Part shown: in pieces, positions 50,330 through 62,900 of the stretch
Layout: each line of letters begins with the position of its first letter
Numbering within the stretch: position 1 is the first letter of the stretch
Assembly: GCA_013239625.1 (NCBI GenBank)
Contig: MU054323.1
Coordinates: forward strand, 18,866,819-18,930,818
Source of the DNA: Lama guanicoe
Taxonomy: Eukaryota
Reading direction: 5' to 3'
DNA length: 64,000 bases
The notes under the pieces: model-generated
Databases searched by the model: none
Told to the model about the DNA's origin: nothing
The model's input: the letters and a program-made list of their open reading frames with translations, nothing else
Made by a program: the position numbers and the translations under genes

Positions 50330-52975
50330 GCACTTGAAATTATTATAAAACTGAAACTCACCATAGAACCTATTGAAAAACCATACAAACAATGTGAAAA
50401 TTCAGTAAGTAATAGAGTATAAAATCAATATACAGACATCAACCCCATCTGTATATGTAAAACAAAACCACTCAGATGATGTACGGTAAAGAACAAAACT
50501 CCCATTTACTGTAACAACAGAACAAGAAAAGCACAAGACCCATATGGGTGAATTTTTAATATACCCCCCAAAAACAAAAAAGGGAAGCTGAAACAAATGC
50601 AAATATAAATTATGTTCTGATAGGAAGTCTTAAAAAATAAAGATGCTAATATTCTCTGAGCTAATTAAGAGTTTTAACAAGTAATCAAGGTGCTTCTAAA
50701 GATCAAATGGGAAGATAACATATATAGCCAGGAAATTGTGAAAGTGAGGATCAGAGAAATGAGCTTAGTCCTACAATGTATTAAAATAATTACTAATTCT
50801 AGATGAATTAAGAACATATGGTCATGTCTCATGAACAGACATGAAGAGTGAAGGAATAGAGTAGAAATGCCAGAATTAGACTCGAGTGTGTTTAGGAATC
50901 TAAGTTATGAGAGGCAGTGTATGTAATCAATGAAGAAAAGATAATTTAATAAATGGTCGTAGACAACTGGATGGTCATCTAGACATAGATTTATACTTTC
51001 CATCCTTTACCAGATGGATTTCCAGTGGATTAAAAATGCAAGTGTAAAAAAATAAAACCATAAAATGAGACCATAAGATAATATATTCCTAACCTTGGGG
51101 CAAGAATAATACATTTAATTTTGACTGAAAATTCAGGAGACATTAAAATGGATACATTCAAGTAATTTAAAAAATCTGTATGCCTTAAAATGAACAAACA
51201 GAAGAAAACCAAAACACCTCAGAAATAACATGATCAAAGAAAAGTATACATTGGCATAATAAAGTTTGAATCCAGTACCTATGGAGGGATAATTTTCCAG
51301 ACAGATAGGCTGGTAGATGATCTAGAAAAATATTAAGAGCAGAATCACAATAGAAAAATAAACAAAGAATAGAGTTCAGTTAAAAAAAGAAATACAATTA
51401 GATCTTAAAAATAATCCAGGTAAAAGCAATTTCATCCTTCCAGTTGCTCAAGCCAGAAAACTTGGAGAAATCATTCCCTTCTTTATTTTCTTTACATTAT
51501 GTATCCAATTTTTCAGGAAGTCTTGTTTGCTATATCTCAAAAATATATCCAGGATCTAACAACCCGGTTCTATCATTACCACCCTGGACCAAGCTGCCAT
51601 CATCTCTTGATAGGATTGCTACATTTGCTTTCTACCTGGTCCTCCTGGATCCATCCATGCTCTGTGTGGTTTAATCTTATTAACAGCTGCAGTGATCCAT
51701 TTAAAATGTTCCTTGTGTTCTTTTACTTGACTTCCTCAGTGGCTTTTCATTTCATCCAGAATGAAAGTTAAAGTCTTTCCCATTGTCTATAAAGCCCTGT
51801 TCATTTTGGCTTCTCATTATCTCTCTAACCACTTCTACACTCTCCCTTCGTCTGTTCTTCAGTCCCACTGAACTTGTTATTCCCCCATAATGCCAGATAT
51901 TCTCCCATCTTGAGATTTTGCACTGGCTGTTCCCTCTGCCTGGAACTCACTTCCCCCAGATACCTGCTTTGGCTGCTCCCTCATCATCAAGTTTTTGCCC
52001 CAGTGTAACTCAGTCAGTAAAGCTTATATTGACTCTCATTCTCGCTTCACCTTATTCCTTTTTTATTTCTTCATAACAATTATCACCATCTAATGCTATA
52101 CTATATAATTACATTTAATTTATATTACATGTAATATACTATGTAATTTACTGTACATGTATTATTTTTTTCTGTTCAGCTCACTTTTATGTTCCCATCA
52201 CCTAGCATAAGGCTGACACATAGTAGGGATTCAATAAATATTTATTCAGTGAATAAATTTAATTCTACTCTCAATCTTACAGAGAAGAGTAATTAAAATT
52301 CCAATGAGATGCCATTTTTATGTAACAAATTGGCAAAAATTAGAAGTTGATAACACACTCTGGCAAAGCATAAAGTACTTTCATAAATCACTGGTGGGAG
52401 TGTAAAATGGTACAAACCTTATGGAAGGAAACTTGGCAATATCTGCTAAAATACACTGTTCTTTGCTGTAGCAAGTCCATTAGTATTTGCACAAGGATGA
52501 AATGACACATGTTCAGAATATTCATTGTCACGTTAAAGTAAATAGTAGAAAAAATAAATATTAATAGAGAACTGGTTGAACAAATTATGCTACATTATTA
52601 CAGTGGAATACTACGAGGCTTAAAAAAATAATGACTAGTTCTCTAAGCACCAATTTGGAAAATTTTCCAAACTGTGTTTTCAAATTTTAAAGAATGTACA
52701 GAGCAGTGTGTACAATAATCTAAAATTTGTATAATAAGGAAAACTGAGCAAATATATGTTAACATTTGTGTAGCTCTGTCTATCAGCTATGGAAGGCTAT
52801 AGGAGAGATTAACTAGTGTTTGTAGAATGGAAGTTGTGAAAAAAGGAAAAGTAGAGGACAGAGTTAAGCAGGAGCTATTTCTCTTTCTACTTTCATATTT
52901 TTAAATATTTTGAGTCATGTTAAAGATTATATACTGATATATTTAAAATATTGAATATATAAACTTAATTTAAAA
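50330..52975 (+). mobile_element. Ancient LINE-1 ORF2/3' UTR (L1ME-like), split by an L2
   Basis: TATAAAATCAATATACA, TTTAATAAATGGT...ACAACTGG, CTGGTGGGAGTGTAAAATGGTACAAACC and GTGGAATACTA. Collinear on both sides of 51416-52257. Confidence 0.8.
51416..52257 (+). mobile_element. L2a-like 3' fragment
   Basis: CATCCTTCCAGTTGCTCAAGCCAGAAAACTTGGAG; TGCACTGGCTGTTCCCTCTGCCTGGAA; terminus GCTGACACATAGTAGGGATTCAATAAATATTTATTCAGTGAATAAA. Confidence 0.92.
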
Positions 52976-55900
52976 TTACTATAAGGTAGTATGCACTACA
53001 AGAGAGGTATAGAGAAAAGGACTGACTTTTCTATCTATATCTATAAAGTGCTTTCTATCACATTCTAAAGAGTAATAGAAGGGCAGAAATTTTCATCAGA
53101 ACTTAGAAATTTGTTAAACTTTTGAGAATAGATTGAAGAAAATCAATATGTAAATGGATGAAATCTGCCATATGGAAAAACACCCACCTGAGTTATTTTC
53201 TCTTGGAAATAGGTGGGCCTAATCAAAAGATGAGGGTGTAGTTTCTATCCAAATGACTACATTAAGCATGTTTAAGTGTAAACTAAGATTACGTTATTAA
53301 TAAATTAAAAGGAAAAAGATATTTACCTAAGGTAGATGGTTGATTAGAAATACAGAAATGTTGGAGTCAGAAGGAGAAGCTGACACTTTATTCCTTAGTG
53401 TTTAACAGTGGGGTCCTCTGGACAATGGTCATCAGCTTATGGTCTGCTGAGTGTTCATACTCACTGTCCAGATGGATGCTATTAAAGCCTTATGTCAAAA
53501 TCCATTGAAAATATCTCAGTCCATCGCCCTACTTTAATTAAAAACAACTTTGTGGTTATTTCAGATGCAGCCATCTGAGAGTGAATAAAAAGATAAGGCT
53601 AATTTGAACATTCCATTCTGCTTGATGATTATATTTTTTCATGGAAATCAGTACATGTACATTTTGTTCTCTTGAGATTTTGGTTAATGTAAGTCTATCT
53701 CCCTGACTTTAATTATCTTAGGAATACTGAGAAATGCTACAAGCCCATGAAACAGAAGGCTAGCTGCAGAATTGATGCATCACCAAGGTGTTGCCACAAA
53801 GAATTGTCTGGATGACCAGCTAGTGACATTACTGACGTCACCTTGTACTGTTATGCTCCCCCTACTGCAGTAATAAAAGCAAGGGCAATTTGATAGAGGA
53901 ATATAGGATAGAAAGAACAAGGCGACTGAGTTAACTCCCAGGATGTCTCAGTTTTTAAAGTGCTTTTAAAGAAGTTATTTGCTTCCCTGAATAAATAGTC
54001 ATCAAGGTATAACTCGAAAAAAAGAAAAGACTATATCCTATTTCATTACTACAGAGTAACCATCAGTTTCACTGTTAAACTACTAAGAAGCGCACTCCTC
54101 ATTAAAAAAAACTGAAAAAGTTGAATTTCCTCCTTCTCAATTACTATGCAAGTAAAAATCAATAAGTAGTGTGCCTCTTTCTGTTAATGACCACTCAAGC
54201 AAAGAGAATATTTCATTAGAAGAAACTAACACTTCCCACACAGTATGACATTTTTCAAAGTATGGGTATAGTGACTAATAGGATTCTTTAAGTATGGGAT
54301 TATGGAGGTGGAAAATGTATAAGAACATAGTTCTAGAAGATCTTAGTCCCCAGTTATCCAAATAATTTTCTTCGGGAGTTTTATTTCATGTCTGTCAAAC
54401 TGTTTCCATTTAAACTTTTTCCCACAAGGGAAGATTTTCTTACTTGCCCCTTACAATGAATTTGTAAGTGAATCAAAACATAGTGTGGGGGAAGAACCCG
54501 AGGAGGGCTCTGTCCCACATCCTGCCTGTCCCTTAGAGCTACCTGTCCTTCTGGGCCATTTGATCTCATCTTTCTCCCAAATTATGACTCACTGCTGCAT
54601 AGCTTTTGCTTTCTTTCCATCGTTCTCATTCTACTTACTTGCTTATCATTGCAGACAAAAGAGACAACCTTACATAATTATGTAGGAAATTAAATGACAT
54701 AAGAGTTGTACACATCAAAGGAGGTGGCTCCATTTTTATTTTCTATAAAGGCACTATGCTAAGCACCTCACAAATGTTGCCTCCTATAGTACTCTCTAAA
54801 CCACCTTTTACATTCCCATGTTGATTCTAATTGATTCAAGTCCTATAGGTTGGTGATACCCTTTTTGGATGCCCATGAGGTCTATGCATATGCTGATCAT
54901 ATGCTTTGGGTTTTTCAGAATAATTCTCCCAATTATACACATATTAATAAGAGTTTAGTAGGTTTTCTGAAATTTACTGGGAGAGCCCATTAATAATGCG
55001 ATTTGAAAACTGTCAGTGTTGAGCTTTGCGTCTCAGGTCTTCCTTGGCCCAGTCCACATTTGTAGAGAATTTATAGATTTCAGCTTTAGTGTGTCACTTG
55101 TAAATTGGCCTTTCCCTTTTTGGGGACTGACATACTCACTTTGCCATGAGGATGGGGAATTATTAAAATCTCCAGAAGTTTGTGGTGCAGGACATGTGCA
55201 CTTTGAAAATTTTCGTCAATATTTATTACAACTTTTGATACTTTGAAAATTTTAAAAAATGTTCTCTTATTGAAGGCTACAAGACTGCAAAGCTCTACAA
55301 AAATCATCTTGAATGGTAGACTCGGTTTAAAGACACTGGAAAAATTAATGTGCCCATGCAGCGCAGTAGAAGCTTATGCAGTGGGTCAGAATTCAACTAG
55401 CAAGTTTTCTTTATTTGCCTTTTTCCTGCCCACATTTAGTTTTATCTTGGCCCTATTTTTCATAAAAGGTTAGTTCCCTCCTTTAAATATGAAATTTGGA
55501 AGACTATTTTAGACGTGAGTACTGACAATTTAGAGACTTGTTTAAATTGGTTGGGGGTTGCTGTCACTGATGGGAGAGTTGTAGAGAAAGTTAGGTTGGG
55601 TAGAAACAGATGATTCATGTCCTGTAAGTAGCTATGAAGAATGTGACCATAAGGCATAGTAGAAAGGTTGAGGAATTGTTTTTCAAGATACTTTTGGCTT
55701 TAATAATTAGGCCTTTTGAATAGAAAACTGCTGGGGAGGGAAGCAGATTGTAGTGACTTAAGGACAAAGCCAGTGGAGAGAGAATGGCAACAGCTGGCAG
55801 AGGTCACTTAAGGGTGAACCCATCTTCTAGGACTAAAAGAAAGGATTAAAGGCAAAAAACAGAGAGAAATGTGTTGAAGTAGCGGACAGGGACAATGGGA

Positions 55901-56887
55901 AATATTTTTACTGCAATAGCATCAAAGAAGGAGGTAAATCCAACTTTTGAGACTGAGAGATGCATTAAAAATGATTGTGGGAGTAAGAAGAATGAGTGAG
56001 TTTTTTTTCCCAAAATGGAAATGCAATTGTTTGCCTTATTTGTATAAAAACACCGTGACAAAAAATTGAATTTGACCCAGGAAATCTCAATGAATTAAAA
56101 GAAGAAAACTGTGTCCTGTAGTCCTAAAGTGTAAATTAGGTCATGTGAGAGTTGACGTTTTTAGTTTGAATCTTAAGTCCTATGCTTCTGCTATCACTTC
56201 CTCCTACCAACTCTTCTCCCAGTATCTGAGACTTTCTGTAGGCTTTAGCAACACTTTTTCATGCTGGTACCTTTCCAGCAATAGGTGACCAGGTTCTTCC
56301 TCCAGTGCCGATCAACAAATTCCCCCAACTCTTGGAGTACAATTTAAATTGTGCAGATATGCTCGTGGAACTTCCTGATTTGCAGGATAGTTTATGGGCA
56401 GCATTTGCAGGCCCCATATCTCATTGTCTTCATGCTACTAATACCTTTCCAGAGTTCCTGCAAATCTGCACAACGTAGGTAGAAGTCAGTCAATCACTCT
56501 GAACACACATTGTTCAGTTATATTTATACATCTGATCTATCTGGATTATTTTTCAGAAAAGTTAGTGAATTATGAGTCTACTGCTTTTTTTCCTCCCCTC
56601 ATCTCCCAAAAAAGCAAGCCATTTTTTTTCATTAACTGTTAGAAAATAAACCAGTTTCCCGAGTGAGTTAAAAAGCCAATTTTTAAGCATTAAATGATTG
56701 TCTATATTTAGATCTAAATTCTTCCAGTTATCATATGGTATATTCCTTCTTCAATATTCTGTTGTTTTAATTATAGGAATTTATACTGTATTTAAATTGA
56801 CAAGGCCGTTTCTCCCTCACTATTCCTCTTTGCAGAATTTCCTGGCTATTGTAACATATTTCCATATACATTTTAAAAGTATTTTGC

Positions 56888-57370
56888 TTTTTTGTTTTTG
56901 TTTTTTTTTAGATTCCACATATAAGCGATCTCCTATGGTATTTTTTTTTCTCTTTCTGGCTTACTTCACTTAGAATGACATTCTCTAGGAGCATCCATGT
57001 TGCTGCAAATGGAAATGGAAACTAAAAAACAAAAACAAAAAAACAAACAAAAACAAAGCAAAAATACAGGACAGAAATAGACTCATGGACAGAGAATACA
57101 GACTTGTGGTTACCGGGGTGGGGGGCGGGGTAGAGGGTGGGAAGGGATAGACTGGGGGTTCAAAATTGTAGAATAGATAAACACGATTACACTGTATAGC
57201 ACAGGGAAATATACACAAAATGTTATGATAAATCACAGAGAAAAAAATGTGACAATGAGTGTGTATATGTCCATGAATGACTGAAAAATTGTGCTGAACA
57301 CTGGAATTTGACACAACACTGTAAAATGATTATGAATCAATAAAAAATGTAAAAAAAAATAAAGTAAAAT
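56888..57370 (+). mobile_element. Young camelid-type L1 3' end with a 5' inversion (twin priming) and a 13-bp TSD
   Basis: Antisense L1 at 56888 to about 57012, then sense 3' UTR with AATAAA and an A-tail. TSD AAAAGTATTTTGC at 56875-56887 and 57371-57383; target TTTT/AAAA. Confidence 0.95.
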
Positions 57371-57689
57371 AAAAGTATTTTGCAGATAGACAAAATAAAT
57401 AAATAGCATTTCCCAGAATAATATTTAATTGAGATGTCATCACATTTATAGATTTCCTTATGGATAATATGTTTACAGTTGTTGCCTTCCTTAAATTAGT
57501 TTAAATGACCCCCTGTAAAGTTTTATAGAGTTTTTATAAGTGCTATTCATTTCTTGGGAAGATCTAGGTATTTTTGTTTTTTATGTTACAATTGTAAGAG
57601 AGAGCAATTAATTCATTCTATTTTCCCACTGGTTAGTATTTATAATATTAAAAAACATATGCTCTGTAGATTCATTTAGTAATTGCATA

Positions 57690-59970
57690 AATGACCATTT
57701 TTGTGTATGGTATGAGATACAAGTCCAATCTCATTCTTTTGCATGTGAGGATCCAGTTTTCTGAACATCATTTATTGAAGAGACTGTTCTTTCCCCATTG
57801 TGCAGTCTTGGCAATTTTGCTGAATATTACTGATCATACATGTGTGGGTTTATTTCTTTGCTATCTATTCTGCTCCGTTGGTCTGTGTGTCTATTTTTAT
57901 GCCAGTACCATACTCATTTGAGTACTCTTGCTTTGTCATATGATTTGAAATCAGAAAGTGATGCCTCCAGGTTTGTTCTTCTTTTCCAAGATTACTTCAA
58001 CAATTTAGAGACTTTGGTGATTCCACATGAATTTTAGGATTCTTTTTTATATTTCTGTGAAAATGCCATTGTAATTTTGTTAGGGATCACATTGAATCTG
58101 CAGATTTCTTTGGATAGTATGGACATCTGAACAATATTCATTCTTCCAGTCTTTGAACACAAAGTCTCTATTTATTTGTCTTTTCTTCATTTTCCTTTCA
58201 TCAGCATTTTATAGTTTTCAGTGTGCAGATCTTTCACTAGCAATATTAGCTAAAATTATTCCTAAGAATTTGTCCTTTTTGATGCTATTGTAAATGGGAT
58301 TGTTTTCTTAATTTCGTTTTTGGATGGTTCTTTGTTTGGTATGCTGATGTATCTTGAAACTCCAATTTGTTTATTAGGTCTAACAGTTTTGGTGTTTTCT
58401 TTTTTTTTTTTTTTTTTTTGGTTTTCTATGTACTTAGGGTTTCTATATATAAGATCATGTCATCTGCAAACAGAGACAATTTAAATTCTTCCTCTCTGAT
58501 TTGGATGCCTTTTATTTCTTTTTCTTGCCTAATTGCTCTGGCTAGAAAACCCAGTACTATATTGAACAGAAGTAGTGGGAGTGGGAATCTTTGTCTTTTT
58601 CCTAATCTTAGAGGAAAAGCTTTTTGGCTTTTCACCATTGACCATAATGTTAGCAATAGGTTTATCATATGTGGACTTTTATTACCCTTTATGCCTAATA
58701 TGTTGACAGTTTTTTTTTTTTAAATCATGAAAGGGTGTTGAATTTTGTCAAAAGTTTGGGGTTTTTTTTTTGGGCATCTATTGAGTTGGTCATATGATTT
58801 GTGTCCTTCATTCTGTTAGGATAATTTGTGCTCATATCAGGGGTAAATCCCACTTGTTTTTGGTGTTTGATCCTTCTAATGTGCTGTTGAATCCTGTTTG
58901 CTAGTATTTTGTTGAGGATTTTTGCATCTACATTCATTAGGTATATTGGCCTGTAATTTTCTTTTCTTGCAGTGTCCTTGTCTGGTTTTGGTATCAGGGT
59001 AATGCTTGAGTTTGGAAGTTTTCAGTTTTTTGGTAGAGCTTGAGAGGATTGGTATTAGTTCTTCTTTAAATGTTTGATAGAAAGAATTTAGCAGTGAAAC
59101 CATCTGGCTGGTCTTCAGGTTTTCCTCTGAGGGGGTTGCTGATTCTGTCTCTATACCCATTACTGATCTTTTCAGAATTTATATTTCATCATGATTCAGT
59201 CTTGACAGATTGTATGTTTCTAGGAATTTGTCTATTTTTCTGGGTTATCCAGTTTGCTTTCATGTATAGGCATACACTGGAGGTGTTACGGGTTCAGTTC
59301 CATACCTCTGCAGTAAACCAAATATCACAATAAAGCAAGGCACATGAACTTTTGTGTTTCCTAGTGCATTTACAAGTTATGTTTACACTCTTCTGTAGTC
59401 TGTTGTGAGCAATAGCATCATTTCTAAAAAAACCACTGTATATACCTTAATTAAAAATAGTTTACTTCTAAAAAATGCCAACCATCATCTGAGCCTTCAG
59501 TGAGTTATAATCTCTTTGCAATAGTAACATCAAAGATCACTGATCACAGATCACCATAGCAAATATAAAAATAATAAAAAAAAAAGAAATACTATGAGAA
59601 TTATCAAAATGTGACAAAGAGACATGAAATGAGCAAATGCTGTTGGAAAAAACGGTGCTGATAGATTTGCTTGCCATGGGGTTGCCACAGAGCTTCAATC
59701 TGCAAAAAGCACAATATCTGAAGTACAAGAAAGCAAAGCACAATAAAACACGGTATGCCTGTAATTGTTCATGGTGGTCTTTTAGGATCCTTGGTATATC
59801 TGTGGTATCAACTGCAACATCTCCTCTCTTATTTCTAATTTTATTTGCGTTTTCTCCCTTTTTTATAATTTAATTTAGCTTGTCAATTTTCTTTATCATT
59901 AAAACAAAACTCTTGGCTTCATAGATCTTTTATATTGCTTTTCTGTTCTCTTTCATTTTTTCTTGCTATA
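57690..59970 (-). mobile_element. LINE-1 ORF2 (reverse transcriptase region) fragment, L1MA/L1MB-like, interrupted by Tigger1
   Basis: Minus-strand peptides [20 protein letters not shown] and [41 protein letters not shown]...LFADDMILY (RT FADD motif); frameshifted. Confidence 0.95.
59267..59761 (-). mobile_element. Non-autonomous Tigger1 derivative (Tigger1a-type, TcMar/pogo) with TA TSD
   Basis: Terminal inverted repeats (T/C)AGGCATAC...GTATGCCTG; TA at 59265-59266 and 59762-59763. Both Tigger1 ends are present in 495 bp and there is no transposase. Confidence 0.93.
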
Positions 59971-62900
59971 TGCTTTGAATGATATTTAGGTAACTATTTC
60001 AATTTTATAATATTTACCTTATAATTGTATTGTATCATCTTGTTTTGTATTTAAGGCCCTGTTGAATTTACATTTTATTGTATATTGAAGTTATATTGAA
60101 GTTGTGCTAAAATTTCCTGTCCATTTGATTTTCATTTCCTTAATGTGTTGTCCGTGGAGACCAAAGAAAGGCAAGTGATGGTTAATCCAAAACCTCTCTA
60201 GCATATAAGATACCTTTGCCTGTAATTCGTAACTACCAACCATTAAAATTAACACTAAGTAAACAAAATTCTCATTTAAAATGATGAGAAATGCGCATTG
60301 TCTAGTTACTCCATTTTCACAGCCATTTTAATGTTATCTCAAAGGGTAGACTATATTCTTTGAAATTTCTTCCCTTTCCAAAAATTAATAAACTGGTAAT
60401 TAATTGAATCTTACTTAAAACTAAAATGAAGTCATCTTTCTTTATCATTTCCATGGATGCTCTTAGCCAGGATTTTTTTGCAGAAATAGAAAATTTGTTT
60501 TATTAAACCTTCTTAATCAACAGCATCTTTTAACGTGTTTAAGGAAGGACATGAATCTCTTTCCCCATGTAACATGCATCATAGGAGAGCTAGCAAATAA
60601 GTATTACACAGGTTCAAAACAGGGTGAGTAACTATGGACTGAGAAAGTTTAATAAGGACATGATTTTGAAATGGCTTCTAAAATGTGGGCAGACATTTGA
60701 GTTAGTAACCCCATAAGGAGCTGCAAATAAAATGTTACAGTGGGCCCATGTGTGTACCCATGAAACTGTGGAGGGAGATGTATCCCCTACAACAAAAATG
60801 ATGGAGAATCTGACTATATCAAAGGTATTTTTGTTTATAAATTGCATGAAATAAAGTTGGACTTTCTTGGTTTTATTCAAAAATCAACATGGATCCATTG
60901 AAAGTCTCATGCAGTAAAACAGATCTTTAGGAAAGAACAAACACACAAAAGCAAATGGCAGAAAAGAAATCTGTTATTTTCTAAAGAACCCTAGTAAAGA
61001 TACAACATTTTCCTATCGGAGAAAAAGAAGCTACCTTAAATGAATGAAATTTTTACTTAAAATCAAATCTTTTCTAAAGAAAGGGGAAAAAAACTAAGTA
61101 ATGCTATTTGAATTATAGAAGTAGTACTATCTTTTATGCCCCCAGTGATTTCCAGGAAAGACATTAGTAAGAGTGATGACCTTAACTTCTGTTTGTGCCA
61201 AAATGAAACCAGCTGCAAAACTTCTTTCCAAAGGAGACTCTGTTGCTTGGTATTTGGTGTCCTTATACATTTGTCCTTTGAGAACCATGGTTGAAGTGAT
61301 AGTTCTTGGAATCTAAGTACATTTTACCATGCTACGTAAACAAAATATAGTTCATTGTGGGAATGAGCTACTTTAGTTTTGCACCCTGTCTTTAAAATAT
61401 TAACATATAATCTGATAGGCAAACCTGAATATATTTCCATTTTTTTTCATTCAAGTATTTCTTCTTTTGAAGTATAGATATTTAACTGGTAATTTTAATA
61501 AATTACCAGATAAGAATTTACCATGAGGATGTTTTCCCAAATCATAAACATTGCCTTTCAGAGTTGGGTATCTCTTGGTACTATTGCTTTTAAGTTGTGC
61601 TCTGAAAGTCCCCAACTGATTTTAATATATTCCTTTATGGCTGCCTTTGAGGAAGAATAAAGGACTTTTGAGTGGAAGGGGTGGCCCCCACTTTCCTCTG
61701 TGTATTTTTTGACTAGAAAAGTTAAGACACTTTACATTGATCCTCTACTTAATATTTCTTTCGAAGAAACATTACTCCTGTCTTAAATAGGAAAAATATT
61801 ACTTTATATACTTTATAAAGGTTTTTTTTTTTAACTAATGAGCTGGAACCATAGACCTAGTGTGCTTTATTTAAATAACTCATTTAATTTCATGTATTCT
61901 CTGGAAGTCAGTAAAAATTTGGATGGAAATGTTCCTTTCATTATTGTTCTTTTCCACAATATTATGAAATTCATCTTCTCCAGACCTGTCATCACTACTT
62001 ACAGACACTAACAGTCTTCTTAGAGAGGAAGGGCAGACAAAATTAAAAAAAAAAAAAAAAAGGTGTTTGAACTGAAGCAAAGTTCTCTGTGGTTAGCTGT
62101 TACTCCAATTTAATAACATTGCTTTGCTGTTTGAACTAAGGAAAGGACCTTCACATCTAGAGTCCTTGTCCTAGTGATGGAAATGGCAATGTCACCAAGA
62201 GGTAAAGATGATTCTCAAGTGACATTAGGTAGAGGGTGTAGGATGCATAGGTGGCAAAAAGAAAAAAAAAAATTACCTGATTCAGAGAATTGACCCTTGA
62301 GGAACGAAAAGTTGTCTCAAGAAGAGAGTCAATGAGAAGACAGAGCTTTATGAGCATTTAGCAAAAGAAGAAGTTGGCAGCTTGGTAAAAGATGGCTCCA
62401 ATAAAGGAGAGTTCTGCCCCGTGGGGAGGGGGGAGGCGATCTCTGAGATTTCTTATTAAAGTGTTACAGTTCCAATACAAGTTGATTTGTATGCTTGGCA
62501 AGATATCCAGGACTCTTAAAATTTGAAGAGAACATTGAATGCCATCCAAAACTTCAATTCAAATTTTTTTTTAAAGTTTACTTGATCTGTGAAGAAAAAT
62601 GAGATATTCGGAAGTTAATTTTTTTATATATTTGGCAGCTGTTCTTCTCTCAAGTAATAACTTTGAAGAAAACATAATTCTGTGATAAGCATAATGTGCC
62701 AGAACAAAGCAGAGACAGTCCTTTGAAATTGAGTTTAGGGATCCAGAGAGGATTTTTAGCTTTACAAGGACATAAACCATGCAGAATAGACTTGTGCTTT
62801 CCTTTTCAGAAGAGATCCAGTTTTATTTGTCCATCTGAGAAGCTTCCAGGTTGCCATTTCAGTCGACCTCTGCATTTCTGCACTGGTTTGTATGGGCTGT

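Noticed and set aside
53833..53840. Perfect CRE (TGACGTCA)
   Set aside because: A single 8-mer with no promoter context; a chance occurrence in 64 kb is plausible.
58426..58937. Functional reverse transcriptase
   Set aside because: The FADD motif is present, but ORF2 is fragmented by frameshifts and stops and interrupted by Tigger1.
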